Positions 18,073 through 27,435 of a stretch of DNA of 64,000 bases are shown here, piece by piece. Origin of the DNA: a virus; IMG/VR virus record IMGVR_UViG_3300012090_000181; one strand, written 5' to 3'. The first letter of the stretch is position 1, and each line of letters opens with the position of its first letter. A program made the translations under genes and the position numbers. The notes under the pieces were generated by a model, which worked only from the letters and a program-made list of their open reading frames with translations, made no database searches and was not told the DNA's origin.

Positions 18073-18678
18073 TTATTTTGACAGGGCGTGAGGCAACCAG
18101 CCCAGCAGGGCACCGCGCGGGGTATCAGCCCGTGCCTCATTGCTCAGGTAGGCCAATCCGTGTCGCTCTACCTGTCCTGTCATGAACCCGAGATATTTCC
18201 AGCTGCCTGCACCGGCCAAGGCCTCGATCGCCCGTTGTCTTACCGTGCCGGCGAAGAGTACTTTTTGGCAGCTACCAGTTTCCGATGAAGTATCCGGGAC
18301 GATCAGGCTGAGGCGATCGGGTCTCAGCTCGCGCGCCCGGACCGCGAAGGTCTGTGGGAGCACCGCCTTGTCGGCCAACAGTTTGTCCAGTCCAGTCAGG
18401 AAATGCCTGCTGTGCCTATACTCAGGGCCGGGATCGCCAAGCGCCGTAAGGTTCTGTTTCCAATCTGTCGGTAGGAAGTCTGCCGAGGCGTACCACCAGT
18501 TGCCGATCCCGACCCAGTTGTGACCGCCGGCTTTCATGCCCTCGATGTACGGGCCGGTCATCAATCTGCGTATGTCACCGGCGTCGAAATCATCGAAGAG
18601 AGCAGCGGTCCGTGCCGGGCGATACATTACATTCCGCTCTCCATAAAGGATCTCCTGTGCCTCGGTCAGAATGGTCAT
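18073..18678 (-). CDS. ILYG-tagged family A protein
   Basis: AQEILYG; DIRRLMTGPY shared with 19403; TATCAT 6 nt before ATG 18678. Confidence 0.8.
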   Translation of the reverse strand: MTILTEAQEILYGERNVMYRPARTAALFDDFDAGDIRRLMTGPYIEGMKAGGHNWVGIGNWWYASADFLPTDWKQNLTALGDPGPEYRHSRHFLTGLDKLLADKAVLPQTFAVRARELRPDRLSLIVPDTSSETGSCQKVLFAGTVRQRAIEALAGAGSWKYLGFMTGQVERHGLAYLSNEARADTPRGALLGWLPHALSK

Positions 18679-19889
18679 GCATGGATGATAGCTTCTTATT
18701 GCCCGCTGCCAGGTAAGGGCGGGCGGAGGCATATCTTGGGATCGTCCGACGACTCGTCGCCAGGAAACTTACTGATAAGGATAGAAAAAGTCCACCTCTA
18801 TCATGCCGACGCCGGTGCACAAGACATGACTGGGAGGATTTGTGACCAGCGGCTCTCGGTAGCTGTCGAAGATCTTGTCCCATTGCCTGCCTGCGATGAT
18901 CAGCTCAAGCGGCGAGAAGCGCTTGTATGGAGCGCGCTGTTCCCACCAGTCGCGCAGATCAGCGTGCGGAAGCGTGGCTTCTACACGCCGCGAGATGTTG
19001 ACAAAATCGATCAGCGCGCCGCCGTAGTATGATCCGAAACGATCACCGACATCACGGGCACCTGCCGCCAGCTGAGTGAATACACCAGGATCTGCTCCGG
19101 CGATCACTCCAAGCTCCTCATAGGTGAAGCCGGTGCGCAAAGCCGCATGTCGGATCAGTGCCGTTATCCCGAACGGTGCAGACAACGGCAGTTGATCGAG
19201 TTCGGCATCGCTCTTGCCGGCATCGTCGATACGCTGCATGGTCTCCCGGGCCTGTAGCTGCTGTTGTTCTTTTTCGAGCATGCTGAAGGTCTTATCCCAG
19301 CTCATCCCGCTGGCCAGCAATGAGTTCGGGGTGTCCGCCTTGACGATACGACTCTCGACCTGGATCGGGCGCGACGGCTTTCTATTCTTGCTCATCTATC
19401 TATCATATCATGTTTATCCGCTGCTCAGGTATCCAGCCAAGCAAGGTTCCATCCTCACCCATATACGCCAGACCTTGATGCTCTACTTTCTTCTTGCCGA
19501 GGAAGTCCAGCCATTTCCATTCACCGTCTTCTTCAACCAGAAACTCGATCGCCCGCTTTCGCACACCGGCGTTCATGATCTGCTTCTCCACGGTAGGTAC
19601 GCGATCAGGATGGTCATGGATGACCGCACTGAGATGCTCTGGGCCTGTCGTGAGTTCCACGGCTTTCGGGGAGATGATCTCCATTGCCAGTTGCCGATCA
19701 AGCTCGGTAAGGAAGGTCTTGCCCATCTTGAACTCACGCCTGGTCTCGACAAGTGCCGGGATATTGCGTTTCCATTCCTCCGGGATCTGCTCGGTCGTGG
19801 CATACCACCAGCGGTAGACCCCGGCTCGGCAATGCCCCCAGGAGCGTAGGCCCTCGGCATACGGGCCGGTCATCAGCCTGCGTATGTCA
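18548..19889. repeat. 30-bp near-identical direct repeat in paralogs 18073 and 19403
   Basis: tacgggccggtcatca(at/gc)ctgcgtatgtca at 18548-18577 and 19860-19889. Confidence 0.85.
18769..19395 (-). CDS. HTH protein with possible Xre/MbcA/ParS-type C-terminal domain
   Basis: TGFTYEELGVIAGADPGVFTQLAAG (XRE-like HTH); LRDWWEQRAPYKRFSPLELIIAG resembles MbcA/ParS toxin-binding domain. Confidence 0.45.
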   Translation of the reverse strand: MSKNRKPSRPIQVESRIVKADTPNSLLASGMSWDKTFSMLEKEQQQLQARETMQRIDDAGKSDAELDQLPLSAPFGITALIRHAALRTGFTYEELGVIAGADPGVFTQLAAGARDVGDRFGSYYGGALIDFVNISRRVEATLPHADLRDWWEQRAPYKRFSPLELIIAGRQWDKIFDSYREPLVTNPPSHVLCTGVGMIEVDFFYPYQ

Positions 19890-20005
19890 TCATCGCCGAA
19901 GAACACGTCATCGGAAACAGCCTGCCGCGACGAGACAAAATCACCAAAAAGAATATCGTCAGGTTCGGCACCCAGGCCGGCTCTGCTCATGCCTTGCCCT
20001 CTCAT
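19403..20005 (-). CDS. ILFG-tagged family A protein
   Basis: MRGQG...EPDDILFG; WWYATTEQIPEEW; TAGACT 6 nt before ATG. Confidence 0.8.
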   Translation of the reverse strand: MRGQGMSRAGLGAEPDDILFGDFVSSRQAVSDDVFFGDDDIRRLMTGPYAEGLRSWGHCRAGVYRWWYATTEQIPEEWKRNIPALVETRREFKMGKTFLTELDRQLAMEIISPKAVELTTGPEHLSAVIHDHPDRVPTVEKQIMNAGVRKRAIEFLVEEDGEWKWLDFLGKKKVEHQGLAYMGEDGTLLGWIPEQRINMI

Positions 20006-20081
20006 GACATCAGTCTAGCAGTCGTCGCCGACGGCAATGACAAATCGCATCAGCAGATCTTGTGATGCCTATGATTGCCCT

Positions 20082-20672
20082 ATGGCCAGAGGACAGCAGA
20101 TGTCTACCGAACCTGGGGTTGACAGTATTCTCTATGGGGCTGCGGGGCCGCGACAGGCAATGGTTGTCGGTGAGCCCTGGAAAGATCTATATCCGGTGCT
20201 GACCCCTGAGACGACCGGAGTAGCCGAAGGCTGGTTCGAAGGTTATTCTGGTTGGTCTGGAACGGATTCTTGGATGGTACGCGCCGGCTCGTTGCCGACC
20301 GATTGGATCACTTTCGACGAGGCTGCCGTAGAGCTGGCCGTGGAGGAGACGCTTTTTGATGAGCGTTCTTCCTGGACCGGTGAGGAATGGGTCAACAAAC
20401 TACGCTCTTGTCGTCTCCAGCCCTGGGATGATGATCCTGCTGATCCCAAGATCGCCTTCATCTCCGAGCATGAGGATGATTTCACCATTCCGGTCAAGGC
20501 GGGCTCCGTCGCCGCCGTAGAGGCCCTGGCCGAGATAGAACTGGAGCATCCCGCAGAAGCCGAGTGGATGGTCGAAGAGCACGGTTGGTTCATGGCTTAT
20601 GTAGATGCCGACAAAGAGGTCTTTGGCTTGATATTCATGAACGGCAAAGATAATATCCTTGCTCGCGCCTGA
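20082..20672 (+). CDS. ILYG-tagged family A protein
   Basis: MARGQQ..EPGVDSILYG; GWSGTDSWMVRAGSLPTDW; TATGAT 6 nt before ATG 20082. Confidence 0.85.
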   Translation: MARGQQMSTEPGVDSILYGAAGPRQAMVVGEPWKDLYPVLTPETTGVAEGWFEGYSGWSGTDSWMVRAGSLPTDWITFDEAAVELAVEETLFDERSSWTGEEWVNKLRSCRLQPWDDDPADPKIAFISEHEDDFTIPVKAGSVAAVEALAEIELEHPAEAEWMVEEHGWFMAYVDADKEVFGLIFMNGKDNILARA

Positions 20673-20678
20673 CCGGTA

Positions 20679-21326
20679 TCACTCCACATTGATGTCGAGG
20701 ATGCCAAGCGGCTGCTCAAGGCCGGCGCGACGGCAGAACAGGTAATGCCGATTACGATACTCAGCATCAGGGTCATTGATCTGTGATACCACCCGCCACT
20801 CAAGCTCCGGTCCGGCCAACTGGGTAACCGCTGCCAGATGGTGCTGATCGACGATATAACTATCGACTTCGCTACGCAGCCTGACCTGATCCCATTCAGC
20901 TTCATCAGCGATCTGGCAGCGGTGCATACTGGCCCAGTACTTGGACGGATCAGTTACCAAGGCGATGATCCTGGCCGCGTCTCGTCGTAGGCCGTAGGCC
21001 CCGGTCGCCGGATGCTCATCATCTCGTTGCGGCAGCCAGGCCTCGGGTAATCCGGTGTTCTCAGAACCTGAGATCTCTGGAGCCACGCGAGCCATCCAGG
21101 CCAGGGTCCCGGACCAGCCCTCTACTCCATGAAAGGCGTCCACAACCGAGTGATATAGGTTCTCCGCACGAATGCCCTCTATCGGCCACCAGCCAGGGCG
21201 CTCAGGTTCAATCTGGTTTCTCTCACGCGGTGACAATCTGCCATAAAGAATGTTGTCGACATTGGCACCAGAGCCAGCATCATTCGGGCCGGCAATATCA
21301 TCGGCTGGGTTTCTTGCCCCGGGCAT
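20679..21326 (-). CDS. ILYG-tagged family A protein
   Basis: VDNILYG; GWSGTLAWMAR; HLAAVTQL; TATTAT 6 nt before ATG 21326. Confidence 0.8.
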   Translation of the reverse strand: MPGARNPADDIAGPNDAGSGANVDNILYGRLSPRERNQIEPERPGWWPIEGIRAENLYHSVVDAFHGVEGWSGTLAWMARVAPEISGSENTGLPEAWLPQRDDEHPATGAYGLRRDAARIIALVTDPSKYWASMHRCQIADEAEWDQVRLRSEVDSYIVDQHHLAAVTQLAGPELEWRVVSQINDPDAEYRNRHYLFCRRAGLEQPLGILDINVE

Positions 21327-21427
21327 GCTTCCATAATAGCGCAACCAGGCCGCCGCGACAAGCAATGTGGCCTTCCATCCTGTAAGAGGTTCTATGTCGC
21401 CGGCCGATGATCTGTTATACTCGGGGC

Positions 21428-22144
21428 ATGGCTCGCGGCAACAATGACGACAAGCAAGACCAGCTCAGGAATCTGGCCGAGTATCGTCGCAAGCATATCG
21501 GTCCGGATGGTCGCTCTACGGTGAGACTGACCGAGGAGCAGATCGCATCCTCGACCCGGGCGGCGATGCGTCTTGCCGGTGCCTCCAGGGAACAGGTCGA
21601 AGCTCGATTGGCAGCCGAACAGGCCCAGATGCCGGAGCAACAGAAGCCTGGCAAGCCCAAAGACTGGTTCTGTCTGGCCTATGAGATCCCGAAGCCTGTT
21701 CGTGAGCAGATCCATGCATGGGTGCAGACGCTACCCTGGGATGAAGAAGCCGAGCTGCAGAACCCTGACAAGTATCACATCACTGCTTTCTGGGCACCAG
21801 AAGGTTTCGGTGATCCCGATCAACAGCAGTGGGCACGAGATAACAGTGGCACCAGCTATCATGTCCGCGCCGCCGAGGTAGATACCTTCAGCGGTTTTGA
21901 TGACGACCAGCTGCAACCGATCGTCCTGCGCTTTGATGCTCCGGAGTTGTCGCAGGATGCTCAGAAGCTGATCGGCGATGCCGAGAAACGTGGTCTGAAA
22001 CCGGCCCGCTTCGACAGCTACAAGCCGCATATCACCATCGGTCATAATCCGACGGCCATGCATCTTCCTGCGCTTGAGCTGACTTTCGACACCGAGCCGT
22101 TGTGTGAGCTGCATAGCTATTACGACCAGCTGAAGTCATCTTGA
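21428..22144 (+). CDS. 2H phosphoesterase (possibly Acb1-like) with MARG N-terminal extension
   Basis: Two HxT motifs: KYHITAF and YKPHITIG; TATACT 6 nt before ATG 21428. Confidence 0.8.
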   Translation: MARGNNDDKQDQLRNLAEYRRKHIGPDGRSTVRLTEEQIASSTRAAMRLAGASREQVEARLAAEQAQMPEQQKPGKPKDWFCLAYEIPKPVREQIHAWVQTLPWDEEAELQNPDKYHITAFWAPEGFGDPDQQQWARDNSGTSYHVRAAEVDTFSGFDDDQLQPIVLRFDAPELSQDAQKLIGDAEKRGLKPARFDSYKPHITIGHNPTAMHLPALELTFDTEPLCELHSYYDQLKSS

Positions 22145-22291
22145 TCTCTAAGACATTCTCTTGCTCCTGGCGCAACAAAATCTACTTTTCCTCGGCCAGA
22201 AGATTTGATATATCCATCTTTGATCAAACGATCTCGATAACTGTTGACATATCCTGAGTTCTTACTCAATCTGTCTTGCAAGTCGCTATGG

Positions 22292-22379
22292 TTTTATAAC
22301 AAAAAAGTTCTATAAAATGCCATTTACTGTTATAAAAGCAGCCTTTTCTGATTATTTGGTTGTTATATTTGTTATAATT
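22292..22379. promoter_or_regulatory. AT-rich intergenic tract with 10-bp inverted repeat and TGTTATA copies
   Basis: ttttataaca 22292-22301 pairs with tgttataaaa 22328-22337; more ttgttata at 22360 and 22369. Confidence 0.4.
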
Positions 22380-22450
22380 CGCAGACAATAGTCTGCGAAA
22401 CCAGAGATCTGTGTATGGGCGATAATATCCGTCCGAGGAAGTTCTTGATC

Positions 22451-22861
22451 TCACGGCTCCGGATAGACGACCAGTTGCTTGAACGGGCCGATTGTCGGCT
22501 GCCGTTCCGAAAAGCGCTCATCTTCGTTATCCAAAACCAGTAGATGCCAGAACAGCTGTCCGGCTGTCTGACCTTCCGGAGTCGGCTCCCAGAGATCATC
22601 GACACCCGGGACCGCCTTCAGACTCTCGCGCTCGTTGGAGAACAGTCCGGCCGGATCGAGATCCATCAGCTGCCCGGCGATAAGCTTGGCGTCAGCAGCA
22701 GCATCGGCCAGATCGGCACGTAGGAATATACGCTTCTGATCCTCGGTGGTCAAAATCGTCGGGACCAACTGATGCGCTGTGATAGCACCATCATGGTTTC
22801 GTGAATGTGAGCCATAGAGGATCTCCATGGCTTCTGACGGCGGTTCGATATTCTTGGTCAC
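22451..22861 (-). CDS. ILYG-tagged singleton
   Basis: GTG start; AMEILYG at residues 11-17. Confidence 0.7.
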   Translation of the reverse strand: MTKNIEPPSEAMEILYGSHSRNHDGAITAHQLVPTILTTEDQKRIFLRADLADAAADAKLIAGQLMDLDPAGLFSNERESLKAVPGVDDLWEPTPEGQTAGQLFWHLLVLDNEDERFSERQPTIGPFKQLVVYPEP

Positions 22862-23034
22862 AGCATCAGCATGCGCTCAGCGGTGCCCGCCACGACAGAT
22901 TTTGCTCGCGGTGAGAGCAGGCGGGTGCCTCGAGGCAGTTCAGGGCCGGGAGGTGTCACCGGCTGTGCTGAAGCTGGAAACGCTCTCGAAGATAAATCAC
23001 CGCCGGTGGCCGCCACTGCCGGTAAAACCAAGGT

Positions 23035-23391
23035 ATGGGTTTGCTGACAGTGATAGCTCTACTGATCGTGGTCTTTGGTTTCGGCCTACGTTTCGGGAAC
23101 GATTTCGGCCTACGTGGAGCGACATTCGGGCCTAAAGATTATATCCAGTTGTTTCTGTTGATCCCGGTGTTGATGGTGATCATCAGCGTGATCCGAGGTG
23201 ACTGGCTGATCGTGGTCTTCGGTCTGATTCTGTTCGTCGCCGGCGGTGGTGCTCTTGGAGCGGTGCTGGCCGGCGAGGAAGATGAAACCGATCAAGATGA
23301 GCAAGTTGACCCGGACGTCGATGTACAGGAGGTTCCCCGGCGTCCGCAGGCACCACAATCATACGATGATGATCGTCCGCCGGTCTTTTGA
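23035..23391 (+). CDS. Membrane protein with acidic C-terminal tail
   Basis: Three hydrophobic segments, then D/E-rich tail. Confidence 0.6.
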   Translation: MGLLTVIALLIVVFGFGLRFGNDFGLRGATFGPKDYIQLFLLIPVLMVIISVIRGDWLIVVFGLILFVAGGGALGAVLAGEEDETDQDEQVDPDVDVQEVPRRPQAPQSYDDDRPPVF

Positions 23392-23396
23392 TGCCA

Positions 23397-23831
23397 TCAT
23401 AGATAAAGGATCTGTTCAGAAGAGCCAGGCAGATCACGGAGATGGGCTGGCATCTGTTCTCCTGACATGCTCAGAGCTTCCAGCTCATATCTTCTCCCCA
23501 GGCGACCATAGCGATCCTTTTCGACCAAGAGGGCCTCGCCTTCTCGCTTCAGGATCAGTGAAGCAGCCATCTGGATCCACCTGCTCAGCGGTCGGCGTAG
23601 ATCAGTAGGGGCATGAACCAGCAATACATGCCCGGCTTCTCTGGCCTTGATGTGCTCATCAGAGACGTTCTCCCACTCCAGATGATCCTGAAGTCGACAC
23701 AGCGTGATCTCCGAACATAGCTCCAGCTCGATACCTGATCCCTTCAGGATCAGCATCTCTCCGGCGAAGGTCTCCGATTGCGGGGCATAATCGCTCAGTA
23801 GCCGGTCCAGGTCCAGGCGAACATCATCCAT
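23397..23831 (-). CDS. Hypothetical protein
   Basis: 144-aa ORF; TAGATT 6 nt before ATG. Confidence 0.65.
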   Translation of the reverse strand: MDDVRLDLDRLLSDYAPQSETFAGEMLILKGSGIELELCSEITLCRLQDHLEWENVSDEHIKAREAGHVLLVHAPTDLRRPLSRWIQMAASLILKREGEALLVEKDRYGRLGRRYELEALSMSGEQMPAHLRDLPGSSEQILYL

Positions 23832-23966
23832 GTGAGAAATCTAAGACACGATAGGGAAATGCCCTGATTTTCCTGTTTTCCCGAGCGCGTCATGCTACTG
23901 GATGCACGAAGTATGACCTTGTGCGATCTCGAGGGAGCCGGCGGTCTTGGCACGCCACGCTCGGCT

Positions 23967-24368
23967 TCAATAAAGAATATCGTCCGCGACCAAAGGTTTG
24001 GCTGCGCCCGCGTCTCGCCGCTCTTCAACTCGCCGAGCCTGATATTCATGAAGCCGCTCGCGGAAGGCGATCAACTTCTGGCGTCGCTCATCAGGGTCGT
24101 TCCAGATCTCCAGTTCGTAATCTTCATCGATCATCTGGACAGCCTCAGCAGCCAGATCATCTTCCAGGGCATCGGCCTCGATCTGCAAGGCGACCAACGC
24201 ATAGACCAGCACCGGCTCTTCTATGAGTGGCTTATAGCTTCCTTCCGGCCAACGTATCCCGCTTGAGATCTGCTCAGGAGGGATTCCCTTCTCCAGGTCG
24301 CGCGCCCAGAACATCTTCATGTCGGCAGCAGAATCATTGTCGAAAATATCGGTGCCCCAGGCGCCCAT
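23967..24368 (-). CDS. DUF4259-like protein ending in ADDILY-stop
   Basis: MGAWGTDIFDNDSAAD start typical of DUF4259; TATACT 7 nt before ATG 24368. Confidence 0.65.
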   Translation of the reverse strand: MGAWGTDIFDNDSAADMKMFWARDLEKGIPPEQISSGIRWPEGSYKPLIEEPVLVYALVALQIEADALEDDLAAEAVQMIDEDYELEIWNDPDERRQKLIAFRERLHEYQARRVEERRDAGAAKPLVADDILY

Positions 24369-24533
24369 GGCCTTCAGTATAGCAGCTCTGCCAAGATTGC
24401 TCAACTCCGACGGAGCACCTATGCCCTATGTCGGGTATGTGGTGGAAGTATCCACGTCGTCGGCCGAGCAGGAGCCTTTCGGAAAGCAAGGCAAATGCCC
24501 GGTAGTTGTCCGAGCAGCTCCTATCATCCTGGT

Positions 24534-24947
24534 ATGACTGATCGCGCAACAGCTCCTCGAAAAAGCATGAGCACGCGCTGGCGCGAAATCCGCAGTCAGA
24601 CAAAAGAAGAGCAGGCTGTCTATCGTCGGCATCAGGCCACCTGGTCATTCGGCGGTCGAAGTGCCGAGGATGAGATCACCCTCAACAGCATCCGACTGAT
24701 CGATCCGGACGAGCCGCGTCCGCCGGCTCCGACACGTAAGGAAAAAATCCAAGACGAGCTGATGAGCGAGGTTGCGTACACGATGATCGGGTTGCCGCCG
24801 TTATGGCTATGCGTCGGCATCTACCTTGCGGCCGCTGTCGCCTTGGGCCTGTTCATATCTTTCTGGGCCGTAATCGGCTTGGTGGTAGTCACTTTGTTGC
24901 TTGCCGAGGTACTGAGCGTTCAGGCTGAGGGCGCACCCAGCAAGTAG
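24534..24947 (+). CDS. Membrane protein (2 C-terminal TM)
   Basis: TATCAT 6 nt before ATG 24534; hydrophobic C-terminus. Confidence 0.65.
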   Translation: MTDRATAPRKSMSTRWREIRSQTKEEQAVYRRHQATWSFGGRSAEDEITLNSIRLIDPDEPRPPAPTRKEKIQDELMSEVAYTMIGLPPLWLCVGIYLAAAVALGLFISFWAVIGLVVVTLLLAEVLSVQAEGAPSK

Positions 24948-25063
24948 TCAGAGCCTTTTTCCTTCCTCTCCTTCAAGCTGATGCCCGGTTCGGTCGGCTC
25001 CTGTGACCAGTATCACAGCACAATGACGAATACCGGTATCGTCTGACAAGCAGTATCGATGTA

Positions 25064-26035
25064 GTGCCAAGGATAACACGACATAGCCCGCAGAGAGGCC
25101 TGTCGGTGATGTCGGCGACGATGAAGAAGTCACGCGTCCGCGATCATGCCCGTCAGGCCCGGAAGCACTTGTTGTTCACCCTGCCCTTGCTGATCGCCGT
25201 CACCGTGTTCTACCATTATCGACACGAGATCATGGGTCATGCAAACGTGCCGGTACGGCTGCTGACAGCCTTCTTGTTCCTGATCCTGGGTTGGGAGGTC
25301 GCCCTCGACGCAGGTCGAGCATTACGACCGATAATGGACAGGTATCTGGAGCCGGTCAAAGCCGAGTTGGTCAGCTTCCTGGTCAGGTTGACGGCATTGG
25401 TTGCTGCCATCCTTACAGCGCTCAGCCTGGCAGGGCTGTCCCCGCGAGCATTGGTTGTCGGGGCATCATTGACCGGGATCATCCTCGGCCTGGCTGCCCA
25501 ACAGACACTCGGCAATCTGATCGCCGGGATCGTGCTGCTCAGTGCCCGCCCGTTCAATATAGGTGATCGGGTTCGTTTCAACGGTTTCGGCATGGATGTC
25601 GAAGGCACGGTTGCTGCCAGAGGTCTGCTCTATATCACCTGCACCGATGGCGATGACCTGGTGATGGTGCCGAACACGACTGCGCTGACGATGTCGGTTC
25701 GTCCGATCCGCGAACCGATCGCCGTGGATATGCTGGCCAGGCTACCGCATGGGATCGATCCGGAGGCAGTCGAGATGACAGTAGAACAGACAGTCACCGT
25801 GCCGACCAAAGGTCGGGTGCATATCACTCTGGAAGAGTACACCCGCGAAGAAGTACTGATGCGGATCAAGGCCATACCGGTTGATGATAGTGAAGGAGCA
25901 TTACTGGCCCGTGAAGTTCTGGAGGCGATCAGCAAGTTCGAGGAGCATCCTCCCGAACATTTCTCTCCGGAGGCATTAGGCATCACAAGATCAGAGCGTC
26001 GGCGTGACAAGATCGAAAGTCATCCGTCTGCATAG
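25064..26035 (+). CDS. mscS: Small-conductance mechanosensitive channel family protein
   Basis: GIILGLAAQQTLGNLIAGIVLLSARPFNIGDRV, EGTV, VMVPN; start uncertain. Confidence 0.9.
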   Translation: MPRITRHSPQRGLSVMSATMKKSRVRDHARQARKHLLFTLPLLIAVTVFYHYRHEIMGHANVPVRLLTAFLFLILGWEVALDAGRALRPIMDRYLEPVKAELVSFLVRLTALVAAILTALSLAGLSPRALVVGASLTGIILGLAAQQTLGNLIAGIVLLSARPFNIGDRVRFNGFGMDVEGTVAARGLLYITCTDGDDLVMVPNTTALTMSVRPIREPIAVDMLARLPHGIDPEAVEMTVEQTVTVPTKGRVHITLEEYTREEVLMRIKAIPVDDSEGALLAREVLEAISKFEEHPPEHFSPEALGITRSERRRDKIESHPSA

Positions 26036-26095
26036 GAGTAGCGGATGACGACAGCAAAATCGTCTTGGATGAACGCCTTTGATTAGCATAGGATG

Positions 26096-26815
26096 ATGAA
26101 GCTTCTGAAAGCTACGACCACTGGGGTCATCTTGGCGATCCTGGCCGGTATGGTCATCATGATCCGAGGATGTACGGTCAGCAATCCCAATCCTGATTTC
26201 GACGCTTTCCTCAGTTCTTTCATCGGCGTGACCGGCTCTTCCCAGATCTCAGCGCATACCCAACGAGTGAGCTTCCTTACAGACACTGTCTTCCCGGTCA
26301 GTGACAACGGGAATCCTGACAGCCAGGATATTTTCGATACAGCCGTGGTAAGGTTTGCCGGTATTCGCGCGCAAGCAACAAAACTCTCACACGTCGATGT
26401 CAGGGATGGAGAGGTCGGACCCAGTTTCTTGGACATAAACGATGACTCTTCGGGCAGTGATGTCAGTGACTTGATAAATCATTGGACAGTGATCTTGCCC
26501 ATCTTTGATAATCTGAAAAATGCAAGCTATTTGTTCATCGTGACAGCCTGCACAGACCAAGGCAAATGTCAAAGCACACCGGACACGCTTTGTCTATTGG
26601 ATGGGAAAATCATCGGTCACCCGGGATACCACAGAGCATTGTCCGATACCGCACTGCAATCCAGTAGCTGTCATACACCAGAGTGGGATAATCCAGATAA
26701 CGGTTATAGCGGCTTCGGCAGCGCAGGAGGTGTCCCTCATCGAGAGGCGTACACCATCCCAGATGATTGGGCCAAGCCGAACGGGTCCTTTGCCGACCCA
26801 GACAAGTCCAACTAA
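26096..26815 (+). CDS. Secreted or membrane-anchored protein
   Basis: N-terminal hydrophobic helix, Cys pairs in soluble part; TAGCAT 6 nt before ATG 26096. Confidence 0.65.
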   Translation: MKLLKATTTGVILAILAGMVIMIRGCTVSNPNPDFDAFLSSFIGVTGSSQISAHTQRVSFLTDTVFPVSDNGNPDSQDIFDTAVVRFAGIRAQATKLSHVDVRDGEVGPSFLDINDDSSGSDVSDLINHWTVILPIFDNLKNASYLFIVTACTDQGKCQSTPDTLCLLDGKIIGHPGYHRALSDTALQSSSCHTPEWDNPDNGYSGFGSAGGVPHREAYTIPDDWAKPNGSFADPDKSN

Positions 26816-26941
26816 GAAGTGTTTGCAAGCTGTATCAGAAGACGCGGAGCCAGGCCGACTGAATAAAGATGGCCCAGATGAGCTCATGACGGGCTTCGGG
26901 CGAAGGACCGTACCCCAAATATCAGATACCTGAATAATGCA

Positions 26942-26968
26942 GAGAGGCCCGGAAGATCCGGGCCTCTC
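26942..26968. terminator. Perfect hairpin between convergent genes
   Basis: gagaggcccgga-aga-tccgggcctctc, 12-bp stem. Confidence 0.8.
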
Positions 26969-26991
26969 CATGTTGCTACACAGAAATCCGA

Positions 26992-27318
26992 TCAGGCGAT
27001 TTCGATATGCTCCAGCGGGACCCGCAGGCCGGCAGCGAAACGCCGGGACGGCAGAAGCTCAGGGTCAATAACATCACAGGTGGCCGTGGTCTTGTTGACC
27101 TTTTTCACCTTCAGCGGGATGCCGAGGATGTATTTCGGACTGAGCGGAGCGTTGAGCTTGATCTGAACGGTCGTACCGCTTTTGAGGCTGGCTTTCGTCA
27201 TCGCCGCCGACAGCGCCGTCAGTCCTTGCTTGCGCGCACTGATAGCCTGCTCCAGGGCACCCAGGTCATCATCGAAGTCGCCGTTGATGATCTGTGCGCT
27301 GATTTCTTTGCTGTCCAT
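26992..27318 (-). CDS. Small SH3/KOW-like phage-type protein
   Basis: Shine-Dalgarno aaggag before ATG; GTTVQI..LSPKYILG..KVKKVNKTTA. Confidence 0.65.
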   Translation of the reverse strand: MDSKEISAQIINGDFDDDLGALEQAISARKQGLTALSAAMTKASLKSGTTVQIKLNAPLSPKYILGIPLKVKKVNKTTATCDVIDPELLPSRRFAAGLRVPLEHIEIA

Positions 27319-27435
27319 GCTTCTCCTTAGAAAGAGGTTTGTAGGTTGCTGCTGAGCAGTCTAGCAGATGTCGTCCAGGAAAGCAAACCAGGCGAGAAAC
27401 AGGCAAAGCCTGTCGGGCAGACTGATCATCCAATC

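Noticed and set aside
23967-23981. TGA recoded as Gly (genetic code 25), suggested by ILY-TGA
   Set aside because: TGA ends many well-conserved genes here (rnz, cysS, dinB, ABC genes) at the expected positions
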